A stretch of 64,000 nucleotides of DNA from Oculatellaceae cyanobacterium bins.114 (GTDB lineage: Bacteria; Cyanobacteriota; Cyanobacteriia; Elainellales; Elainellaceae), in assembly GCA_033764315.1 (NCBI GenBank), contig JANRJA010000065.1, forward strand, positions 21,794 to 85,793, given 5' to 3'. Shown here piece after piece: positions 28,726 to 37,718 of this stretch. Each line of letters opens with the position of its first letter. Positions within the stretch are counted from its first letter, which is position 1. Under the pieces are notes generated by a model. The model ran no database searches. It had not been told where the DNA came from and was given only the letters and a program-made list of their open reading frames with translations. A program made the translations under genes and the position numbers.

Positions 28726-31155
28726 ATGGAAAATATTAACAACAGTAAACTGCTATTCATCAGTGGAGATGAAAAAGTTGGTGGTGAAGAAGAACTTCGT
28801 TTGCTAATTCAAGCTATTTTCGAGACTCCTAAATTGGACACCCTTGAAGAAAGAATTGTCTGTCATTTATTAGATAAGGGAAAGGAATTTTGCTCCCAAG
28901 ATGAAATTATTAAGGAAGTCAAAATTTACCTACTCAAACAACAAGAATCATTGAATTCTTACAACGAGGTTCAACAGAATCAACTGATCAATGCCCTAAA
29001 TAGCGTTACTAAACATGAAATTACAGTTGAAAGAAACCGAACTACTTACTCTCCTTCTCAAAAGCTAAATCCAAACGCCGTCTTTTGGCCTAATCCTACT
29101 TATCAAGCTAATCCTCGCTCTATATACAATGAACTTCCTTACGCCCAAAAATTTAATTTCCTAAATAAACAAACTCCAGTTGGTTCTGCGGGAAGTTGCT
29201 TTGCAATGGAAATTGCAGATCGATTGAAAACAGAGGGATACAATTATGTCGTAACGGAACCAAATCCGTATTCCTGTGCAGCATGGGGAACTTTATTTAA
29301 TGCTCCCAGTTTTCGTCAGCTTATAGAGAAAGCCTTTGGTCTTCGGCAACTTCCTCGTTTACTTTACTCCGTAAAACACTTTGATAAGACCCTATACTAC
29401 GATCCTTTTAGGGAAGAAATCAGTTTTGATTCAGTAGAAGAATTTGAGGTAGATTACGAGAGGCACATAGAACGAGCAAGGGAAGCCCTCCTTAAAGTCA
29501 AAGTATTTATTATTACTTTAGGGATGAATGAAATTTTGTACTTGAAATCGGATGGCTCAATTCTTTCACGATTTCCTTGGAGACTAGGTTCCTCTCTAGT
29601 TAATCGAAAAGTATTGACGGTTGAGGAAAATATTGCTGAACTACAGAACATGCTCGACATCTGGCGTAGCTATAATCCTGATTTGAAGTTGATTATTAGT
29701 GTTTCACCAGTTCCATTACATGCAACCTTTAGGGCAGAAAATCATCATGTTATTACAGCTAACTCTCACTCTAAGTCAGTTTTAAGAGTAGCAGCAGAGG
29801 AATTCATATCTCGCAACTCCGATGTTTATTACTTTCCGTCCTATGAAACAGTACTATATTGCACAAAGAACGCTTGGGAGAAAGATCAACGCCATGTCTC
29901 CCAAGAGGCAATCAGTAATGTTATGAAATTATTTAATGTAATGTTTTTAGAGGAATCTTCCGATGAATCAGATGCCCCTTTTAAAATGTCGTCAGAGTCA
30001 TCACAAGAACAGTTGATACAAAACTCATTGTTTTCCAATGAAGCCTCTCAATCAACTAATGTATCTATTTCTCAGCTATTAGAAAGAGTTTTGCTGAGTT
30101 GGCTAGAGAGTGTCAATGAGGAAGAAGATAAAACTGCTAATCTGAAAAAGCATATTAATACCTTTCTTGAGGGTTATCAATCCTTTGAAGCAACTAGCAA
30201 AACTCCCTTTGGAGCTTATCTTAGTTTAAGGGAACTGTATTGTCTGACAAATGGTGAATTTAACGATTTTATCTCTAATGTATTAGGGATTTACTATCCA
30301 GAATATTCTTTAAGACAAGTGAAAGGTTTGCTGGGGAAACTAGATGATCGAGCGATGGATGAAGTTGTACAATCGCTCCAAAAAGATGGTTTCTATCAGT
30401 TTGAATACAAGCTATCAAAGCAACATTGTGAAGAACTCAAAAACTTTGCGCTTACTAATCCATGTAGACCAAATTCCCTAGATGCAGAATCAGACGTAAG
30501 AACACTCTATGATCGCCAATCTGCATTAGCAACTCTCTATTATTTTGATGAAAAAGTTCTAATTAACAATCCTTTAATTCAAACACTGGTAGCTGATCAA
30601 TCATTGTTAGGAATTGCTCAAGCTTATCTAGGGTGTAAGCCTATCTGTGACAGTGTTGCGCTGTGGTGGAGTACACCTAATTCTCATACAGATGCAGACA
30701 AGGCAAAAGCAGCACAACTCTATCATTTCGATATGGATCGAATCAAGTTTCTTAAATTCTTCATCTATTTAACAGACGTTAGCCCACAAACTGGCCCTCA
30801 TTGTTATATTAAAGGGTCACATCAGAGAAAACCCGCTCCTTTGTTAAGAGATGGAAGGATCGCTGATGACGAGCTTGCTTGCTACTATACCCAAAATAGT
30901 TTTATGGAATTGCTTGGAGAGGCAGGAACTATCATTGCGGTTGATACACGGGGTTTTCATAAAGGTAAACCACTAGATAAGGATGAAAGATTGATACTTG
31001 AAATAGAGTTTTCTAATAGTTTGTTTGGTACAACTTATAGCAATCATCAATTAACAGAACCATTGGAATTGGAATTCAGGCAAGCTATCCAGAACTACAA
31101 ACATACCTACTCAAGATTTGCATTGATGAATTCACCCAGTCAAAACCATTCTTAG
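28726..31155 (+). CDS. GSCFA-domain protein fused to PhyH-like 2OG/Fe(II) dioxygenase
   Basis: AGSCFA, SVSPVPL, SKSVLR, YYFPSYE, D.RHV; C-terminal YHFDMD, GSH, DTRGFHKG. Confidence 0.78.
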   Translation: MENINNSKLLFISGDEKVGGEEELRLLIQAIFETPKLDTLEERIVCHLLDKGKEFCSQDEIIKEVKIYLLKQQESLNSYNEVQQNQLINALNSVTKHEITVERNRTTYSPSQKLNPNAVFWPNPTYQANPRSIYNELPYAQKFNFLNKQTPVGSAGSCFAMEIADRLKTEGYNYVVTEPNPYSCAAWGTLFNAPSFRQLIEKAFGLRQLPRLLYSVKHFDKTLYYDPFREEISFDSVEEFEVDYERHIERAREALLKVKVFIITLGMNEILYLKSDGSILSRFPWRLGSSLVNRKVLTVEENIAELQNMLDIWRSYNPDLKLIISVSPVPLHATFRAENHHVITANSHSKSVLRVAAEEFISRNSDVYYFPSYETVLYCTKNAWEKDQRHVSQEAISNVMKLFNVMFLEESSDESDAPFKMSSESSQEQLIQNSLFSNEASQSTNVSISQLLERVLLSWLESVNEEEDKTANLKKHINTFLEGYQSFEATSKTPFGAYLSLRELYCLTNGEFNDFISNVLGIYYPEYSLRQVKGLLGKLDDRAMDEVVQSLQKDGFYQFEYKLSKQHCEELKNFALTNPCRPNSLDAESDVRTLYDRQSALATLYYFDEKVLINNPLIQTLVADQSLLGIAQAYLGCKPICDSVALWWSTPNSHTDADKAKAAQLYHFDMDRIKFLKFFIYLTDVSPQTGPHCYIKGSHQRKPAPLLRDGRIADDELACYYTQNSFMELLGEAGTIIAVDTRGFHKGKPLDKDERLILEIEFSNSLFGTTYSNHQLTEPLELEFRQAIQNYKHTYSRFALMNSPSQNHS

Positions 31156-31221
31156 ATACCTCTTTCATAGTTGTCTTCCAAAAAAACATTTTAAGCTTCA
31201 ACACACGTTACATAGCCATCC

Positions 31222-34200
31222 ATGCAAGATTCTAAAATACCTCATAATCACCCTCAAGATGAGATAGGAAATACTCATTTAGAAAGCTCTCAAAGTGCTG
31301 GAAATCCTTACACTAAGTGGCTACAGTTAGCGGCTAAGCACTGTAATGGTTTTGCGGGCAAGCGAGTGTTAGATGTAGGTTGTGACCTCACTGGTGTCAC
31401 TGTTCAAGAATTGATTGAACAATATGGAGTGGTCGAAGCAGTTGGACTCAATTTAGCAATTGAACCTCAAGCTATCTCTCAAAACGGTCGCCTTGAGAGA
31501 GGTGATATTTGCGAAACATTTTATCCAGATAACTACTTTGACGTTATTCTTTCCATTTCTGCCTTTGAACATATCCAAAATTTTGAAGTTGCTTTGCAGG
31601 AGATGCACCGTATTTTAAAGCCGGGAGGTCGCTTATATGCTGATTTTAGTCCTATTTGGTCTGCCAGCTATGGTCATCATCTTTGGTTAAGTTTTAGCGG
31701 CGAACTCTATAATTATTGGAACGTTATGTTGCCTCCTTACTGCCATTTATTAATGACAGAAGAGGAGGTTTTTGATTGGTGTTCTCAACGATTTGATACT
31801 GACTTAAGCCAAGCCATTACTAATTTTGTTTTTCATTCTGCCGACCAAAATCGGCTATTCTTCGAAGATTACCTAAACCTAATTGATCAGAGTGATTTTG
31901 AAGTGTTTCTGTGGAAGGGATATCAGCTAGAGTTGGGCGATCGCTATCAACAATGTGTCACCCCTGAGTTATCGGAGCAATTGCATCAGAAATTTTCTAA
32001 TCAAGATGGATTTCTCTATGAGGGAATTGAAGTTTTGCTACAGAAGAAATCTGCTGATCTTTTGCCTTCAGAACAGCCAAAAAACCAACACAAAGTCCTC
32101 TTCTTTTCTCCATTTGGAGAATGGCTAGTTCATAGTCAAGTTGATGCCGTTTTAGCACTGAGATTGCGACAACAGGGAGAAGAGGTACTTGTTATCGGTT
32201 GTGATGGTCTTTATCAAGATTGCATTGTCACGTCGCGTGCTGATAAATACAGCATTGATGCATCTGTTCTCTGCCAAAGATGCGCTCAGTCGGGCAGGCA
32301 ATTCTTCAACTCATTCAATCTGCCCCATATTCAATTCAACAAATACATAATCCCAGAAGATTATGAAGTAGCACACCAATGGGTAGAAACGGTAGACCCT
32401 CGTCATTATGCTGATGCGACTTATCAAGACCTTGCCATTGGAGAATGGGTTACTTCGTCAGTTAACTCCTACTTTCGTCTCTCCTCAGTACGTGAGTTGC
32501 TTAAACCTGAAGTTCAAGAAGTCCATCGAAAATATTTGATCGATGGTTTGGTAACTTATCTGGCGTTTTCCAGGCTGTTAGATACTTATCAACCCACTAA
32601 TCTTATTATTTTTAATAGCCGCTTAACCCCTTATCGCATTGCCTTTGAAGTGGCTCGTCAACGTCAAATTGATGTGATCACACATGAGCGTGGCTTTATC
32701 GATGACAGTTTTAGCTTTTTTGACAATACCCACTGCTTAAGCCCAAAATCTGCCGAGGCTTGTGTTGATGATTGGCAAAATATTCCACGGCTCCCATCTG
32801 AGTTATCAGAAGTTAGTGAATACTTCAAGCAACGAGAAGCAGGATCAGGTTTGAATTGGAAACCTTTCTTTGACTTTCAGACCGACTACGGAAAAGTACG
32901 TCAAAAACTTAATATCCCTCAAAAGGCAAAAATTGTCACAGTTTTTACGTCTAGTCCCGATGAATTAGCTGCTTTTAACGAATATGAGGGAATCACTGAG
33001 CAACTTGAGCTAATCGATCGGTTGATCCAAGTTTTTGCAAATCGTGAGGAATATCTTATTATTCGTCATCATCCTTGGATCGGTGGCAATGCGTTCCATC
33101 CAGCCAATATGGATTTTCTGACACTGGCGTATCAACAGGCACGCTCAGTTCCCAAAAATGTCAGGATTGTGATGCCGAATGAACAAATCACCTCGTACGC
33201 CCTGCTTTGGAATACAGATGCAGCGATCGCCTTTTTTAGTACTGTTGCCATTGAGGCGGTTGCGAGGGGCGTCGCTACTGCTCCGCTGGAATCCTCTCCT
33301 TACCGCAAAGCGTTTCATCAATTAATTAGCACTTCAGATGTAGAACCTTCATCCTTGCACCAGTTAATTGACGTATTGTTATCTGAATCAGTATTTTCTG
33401 CGGCTGAATCTTATATCGAGATCTTGCGTAAGCTTTATCGATTTACCGATGCCTACTTCTTCAGATTTTCGAGACGGTTTAATTCATTTGGAATTAAGGA
33501 CTATCATTCCCCTGATATACGATTTCAGTCCTTAGAAGAATTGCGTCCGGGTGTTGATCTAACCCTCGATCAAGTTTGCGACCGCGTTATCTACAAAACA
33601 TCTCTCCATGAATTGCCAAGTAGCGATCGTCGTAATGACTCGACCTCTGAAGAAGATACTTTTCTTCAAAAAGAACTGGCTGAGATTTTAAAGATACGGC
33701 AAGTTGTTCATGAGAAGAGTGAACAAGAATTGAGCAAGAATACTGCGATATCAGTTGGTGTTATCTGTTTACAATATAACGATTCTAGACATAGTGATTC
33801 TGACAACAACGATGAGATTTTATCCTCCTGGATAGAGCATTCAAGGCATCATCGAATCACTCTACACCCTTGCCAAGTCTCTTCAAAATGGGAAGACCAC
33901 ATTGCAACCGTTAATACTATTTTGCAATGTTTAAAGTCTTGTTCAGAGCAGTATTTTTTAGTGACTGAACCTCATATTCAGTATGATGAATCATTCCTCT
34001 CCATTGCCTTAGAGCAATTAACTGCTGAGGATAACTCAGATATTCAAGGGGTGCTGGCAGGAGCATGGATCACTGATTCAGCTCAACAACAAATTACTCA
34101 CTCCGTTTTCACCCCTGCCCACCCTTGTAAAACCTATCGTGATGCTGCTCAAGTTCTTGTGTCAGTTCAACACCCTATTTCACTTCTGGCATTTACCCTC

Positions 34201-34821
34201 CTGGACAAAAGGTTATTAGTCAAGCTGCTGAACACGATTCGTCAAATTTCCTCTTTGACCGCAGCAGCAGAGAGTCTTTTCTTAATGCTAAGTGCCCCTG
34301 TGGTCAGCAGGTTAGAAGTGCCCATGATGGTCATCTATAGCAACTCTGAAATGCAGACACGAGATTTACGTCTAAAGCCATTGAGATTAGAGTACGATTT
34401 GGGTCGGGCGAGTCAGCAACTGCGAGAGCGGCAGGCAGAATTGGAGCGATCGCAGGCTCAACTTCAAGCCTCTCAAACCGAATTAGAGCAATATCAGACA
34501 GCACTCAAGGCAGCACAGGTAGAGGGGGGACGCTTTTTATATGAATTGCAGGCGGCTCAGGCGGAGATGGAACGATTGCAGGCAACCTTATATCAAATGC
34601 AAGGAGCATTAGAGGCTACTAATAATAAGCTTGCCAGAACTGAAAATAGACTGAACACGAAAGAAAAGACTCTGAAAAAAGTCCAAAATAACCTCAAGAA
34701 ATTGCGGGAAAATTTGAGGCAAACTCAGGAGACGGTTACCGCTATGGAAAGCAGTAAGTTTTGGAAACTGAGAGGGAAATGGATAAAGCTGAAAAAAATC
34801 TTTAGACTTGACTCGGATTAG
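31222..34821 (+). CDS. Multidomain protein: SAM methyltransferase + capsule-biosynthesis GT-like domain + long coiled coil/tag
   Basis: VLDVGC, AFEHI, RILKPGG; ITHERG, LIIRHHP, STVAIEA; C-terminal heptads and AMESSKFWKLR. Confidence 0.72.
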   Translation: MQDSKIPHNHPQDEIGNTHLESSQSAGNPYTKWLQLAAKHCNGFAGKRVLDVGCDLTGVTVQELIEQYGVVEAVGLNLAIEPQAISQNGRLERGDICETFYPDNYFDVILSISAFEHIQNFEVALQEMHRILKPGGRLYADFSPIWSASYGHHLWLSFSGELYNYWNVMLPPYCHLLMTEEEVFDWCSQRFDTDLSQAITNFVFHSADQNRLFFEDYLNLIDQSDFEVFLWKGYQLELGDRYQQCVTPELSEQLHQKFSNQDGFLYEGIEVLLQKKSADLLPSEQPKNQHKVLFFSPFGEWLVHSQVDAVLALRLRQQGEEVLVIGCDGLYQDCIVTSRADKYSIDASVLCQRCAQSGRQFFNSFNLPHIQFNKYIIPEDYEVAHQWVETVDPRHYADATYQDLAIGEWVTSSVNSYFRLSSVRELLKPEVQEVHRKYLIDGLVTYLAFSRLLDTYQPTNLIIFNSRLTPYRIAFEVARQRQIDVITHERGFIDDSFSFFDNTHCLSPKSAEACVDDWQNIPRLPSELSEVSEYFKQREAGSGLNWKPFFDFQTDYGKVRQKLNIPQKAKIVTVFTSSPDELAAFNEYEGITEQLELIDRLIQVFANREEYLIIRHHPWIGGNAFHPANMDFLTLAYQQARSVPKNVRIVMPNEQITSYALLWNTDAAIAFFSTVAIEAVARGVATAPLESSPYRKAFHQLISTSDVEPSSLHQLIDVLLSESVFSAAESYIEILRKLYRFTDAYFFRFSRRFNSFGIKDYHSPDIRFQSLEELRPGVDLTLDQVCDRVIYKTSLHELPSSDRRNDSTSEEDTFLQKELAEILKIRQVVHEKSEQELSKNTAISVGVICLQYNDSRHSDSDNNDEILSSWIEHSRHHRITLHPCQVSSKWEDHIATVNTILQCLKSCSEQYFLVTEPHIQYDESFLSIALEQLTAEDNSDIQGVLAGAWITDSAQQQITHSVFTPAHPCKTYRDAAQVLVSVQHPISLLAFTLLDKRLLVKLLNTIRQISSLTAAAESLFLMLSAPVVSRLEVPMMVIYSNSEMQTRDLRLKPLRLEYDLGRASQQLRERQAELERSQAQLQASQTELEQYQTALKAAQVEGGRFLYELQAAQAEMERLQATLYQMQGALEATNNKLARTENRLNTKEKTLKKVQNNLKKLRENLRQTQETVTAMESSKFWKLRGKWIKLKKIFRLDSD

Positions 34822-34861
34822 AACCTGAGATAACCTCCTACTTTGGAGCTATAGATCGACG

Positions 34862-36952
34862 ATGTCTCATTTTGTCTGCCCTATGTCATTAACGACACCC
34901 GTTGCTTTCCTTATATTTAACCGCCCCGAACTAACTGCACGGGTGTTTCAGGCGATCGCAAATGCGAAGCCCAAGAAGCTTTTGGTTGTCGCAGATGGTC
35001 CGCGTTTTCCGGAAGAGGCAGAAAAGTGTCGCATGGCAAGAGAAGTCATTAATCAGGTTGATTGGGATTGCGAGGTTCTCACTAACTTTTCAGAGCATAA
35101 TTTAGGTTGCAAGCGACGAGTATCAAGTGGCATCAACTGGGTGTTTTCTGAAGTTGAAGAAGCTATTTTGCTCGAAGATGATTGTCTGCCCGTCCCTTCG
35201 TTTTTTTCCTACTGTCAAGCTCTGTTAGAGCGGTATAGAAATGACAGTCGGATTATGCATATTAGCGGCAATAATTTTCAATTTGGAATTGAACGCACTA
35301 AATATAGTTATTACTTCTCAAGATATCCCCACATCTGGGGATGGGCGACTTGGAGGCGAGCCTGGCAGCACTACGATGTTGATATGCAGGGCTGGCTCGA
35401 CTTTAAGGAAGCAGGCTTAATTAGTAATATGTTTGAGCATCCTCAAGAGCAAATCTTGTGGACTCAGCTGCTTGACCAGGCTTATCAAGGTGAGGTAGAC
35501 ACCTGGGATTATCCCTGGGGCTACACGGTTTGGTCACAAACAGGGCTTTCCATTCTGCCCCGTGTTAACCTGGTCACCAACATTGGATTTGGGGCTGATG
35601 CAACCCATACTACCCCTGGCTCAAATAACCCCCTTGCTAATTTGCCAACGGAAGACCTCTGGGAACTGGAGCATCCCCCCTATGTAGCAATGAATCGTGA
35701 GGCAGACCTCTATACCTACGAAAAAGTCTTTGGGGGTAAGGTAGAGCAGGGCGATCGTCAACAAATCATTGACCTAAAAGCCCAACTAGAACAGAAAGAG
35801 CACCAACTCCAGGAATTGAGCAAAGTCAGGAAACGTCTCCAACAGGTGAAGGCAAATTTGGAGGATGTCCAAGGTACTATTACCGCAATGGAGTCCAGCA
35901 AATTCTGGAAGTTGCGTCAGAAATGGATGGGGTTAAAAGGTTCTGTAGTACAACCCTTGAAAAAATTTGAGGGTCTGGGTAAACCAGAAATCAGTGTTAG
36001 AGAACAAGGGAAGTTGTTAGCTAGACAGCGTGGACACCAACCCAAGCAACCCGTTGTTAGTCCGCTCACGGGTTCTAGTCAAGTCAAATTAATTGAGGTT
36101 TTTCCTTCAAGTCAACTCATTAATGATTGGAAGAATGGCTTTCGGATTGATATAACCAGTGAATTGCATAATCACCCAGAAATCTGCCTCTATGAGTGCC
36201 TTGAAACAGGGTTAAAATTCTTTTTACCCTCTGATACAACTGGCTCAGACAAACTCTATGAGCAACTCTGTGAGCTGAGTTGGTATTACATGCCCGAAAA
36301 ATGGGAATATCAGGTTGCTCTTGAAGATTTAAAGGGGCACCAAAACATTATTGAAGTTGGTTCGGGCTATGGCTACTTTATCCAGCAATGTAAACAAGCT
36401 GGCCTACAAGCACGGGGAATTGAGTTAAACGAAAGCGCGGTTAAAGCTGCACAAAAGCAAAACCTCCCGATTGAACGGGTTGACTTAAAGGATCTGGTTG
36501 AGCAGTATTCGGAAAGTTTTGATGCCGTTTGTAGTTTTCAGGTTTTAGAACACGTTTCAAACCCAAAGGATTTTCTGGACTGGTCTATTCAACTGTTAAA
36601 AAAAGATGGCAAACTGGTTCTTTGCGTCCCCAACTCAGAGAGTTTCTTAAAGCATGAATACTGTCTGTTGGACATGCCACCACATCACATGTTCCAATGG
36701 TCTAGAAAGTCATTCAAAGCTCTCGAAAAGATTTTTCCAATCAAGCTTGAAAAAGTTAAATTGGAGCCACTAGCCAGTTATCACGTTATGGGCTATTTAA
36801 CAAGCTATAGAGATTATTACCGTTCTGTCTCCCCATTAGGGAAAGTTTTGTTTAACCGTCACACGTTGGGCTTGTACCAGAAAGTCCTAAACACGGGTTT
36901 AAGGCAATTTGTTACAGGTCAAAGTTTATACGTCGAGTTTCGTAAGTTATAG
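34862..36952 (+). CDS. GT-A fold glycosyltransferase + coiled coil/tag + SAM methyltransferase
   Basis: FLIFNRP, ADGPR, ILLEDDC, WGWATWRRAW, NIGFG; then EVGSGYG, FQVLEHV, DMPPHH. Confidence 0.82.
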   Translation: MSHFVCPMSLTTPVAFLIFNRPELTARVFQAIANAKPKKLLVVADGPRFPEEAEKCRMAREVINQVDWDCEVLTNFSEHNLGCKRRVSSGINWVFSEVEEAILLEDDCLPVPSFFSYCQALLERYRNDSRIMHISGNNFQFGIERTKYSYYFSRYPHIWGWATWRRAWQHYDVDMQGWLDFKEAGLISNMFEHPQEQILWTQLLDQAYQGEVDTWDYPWGYTVWSQTGLSILPRVNLVTNIGFGADATHTTPGSNNPLANLPTEDLWELEHPPYVAMNREADLYTYEKVFGGKVEQGDRQQIIDLKAQLEQKEHQLQELSKVRKRLQQVKANLEDVQGTITAMESSKFWKLRQKWMGLKGSVVQPLKKFEGLGKPEISVREQGKLLARQRGHQPKQPVVSPLTGSSQVKLIEVFPSSQLINDWKNGFRIDITSELHNHPEICLYECLETGLKFFLPSDTTGSDKLYEQLCELSWYYMPEKWEYQVALEDLKGHQNIIEVGSGYGYFIQQCKQAGLQARGIELNESAVKAAQKQNLPIERVDLKDLVEQYSESFDAVCSFQVLEHVSNPKDFLDWSIQLLKKDGKLVLCVPNSESFLKHEYCLLDMPPHHMFQWSRKSFKALEKIFPIKLEKVKLEPLASYHVMGYLTSYRDYYRSVSPLGKVLFNRHTLGLYQKVLNTGLRQFVTGQSLYVEFRKL

Positions 36953-36999
36953 GTAACTTAATCTGAGAAACTATTGATTATTGATTGAGGAGTGGAAGA

Positions 37000-37680
37000 G
37001 TGCCGACTTTAGATTGGTTACAAAAAGAGTTTAATTACGGATATGACAGTGGTAATGTCTTATCCCTTTTTCCAGACCCGACTCGTCGCCAAGAAGAGAA
37101 GATTATTGGCGGTTCCTACCGCAAAGTTTTCTACAAAGCGGCATTTCCCCATATCAAAGCAAATTTTAAGGTGCTTGAACTGGGGCCAGGAAAAGGTTCA
37201 TGGACCAGAGCTATTTTGAAATACATTCCTCAAGGTCAGTTGCACGTTGTCGATTTTCAGAAGGTTGAGCAATGGCTTAACCCCGACCAATACAACGGCA
37301 GGTTGGTGTGTCACATGGTGACTGATAACTCCTTCTCCTGTCTTGAAGATGACAGTTTTGATTTCTTTTGGTCGTTTGGCGTTTTGTGCCATAACAACAT
37401 AGAGCAAATTGAAATGATTCTCCGCAATGCTCTATCTAAAGTCAAGCCTGGCGGAATGGCGGCGCATCAGTATTCAGATTGGAATAAGTTAGAGGCGTTT
37501 GGTTGGGTCAAGGGAAGTGTTCCGTTAGAGTTTAAAAACCTCCCGGATGACAAGATTTGGTGGCCCAGAAACAACCAAGAAACGATGGCAACTGTTGCGA
37601 AAAAAGCAGGTTGGACGGTGATCAAGCCTGATCTAGGAATTGTGCAACGTGACTCTATTATTTTGCTACGACGTGACTAG
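37000..37680 (+). CDS. Class I SAM methyltransferase
   Basis: VLELGPGKGSW, FDFFWSFGVLCH, VKPGG; GAGGAG before GTG. Confidence 0.8.
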   Translation: MPTLDWLQKEFNYGYDSGNVLSLFPDPTRRQEEKIIGGSYRKVFYKAAFPHIKANFKVLELGPGKGSWTRAILKYIPQGQLHVVDFQKVEQWLNPDQYNGRLVCHMVTDNSFSCLEDDSFDFFWSFGVLCHNNIEQIEMILRNALSKVKPGGMAAHQYSDWNKLEAFGWVKGSVPLEFKNLPDDKIWWPRNNQETMATVAKKAGWTVIKPDLGIVQRDSIILLRRD

Positions 37681-37718
37681 TTTGAACTATATTATTCAAA
37701 GTTCATCAATTCATATTC

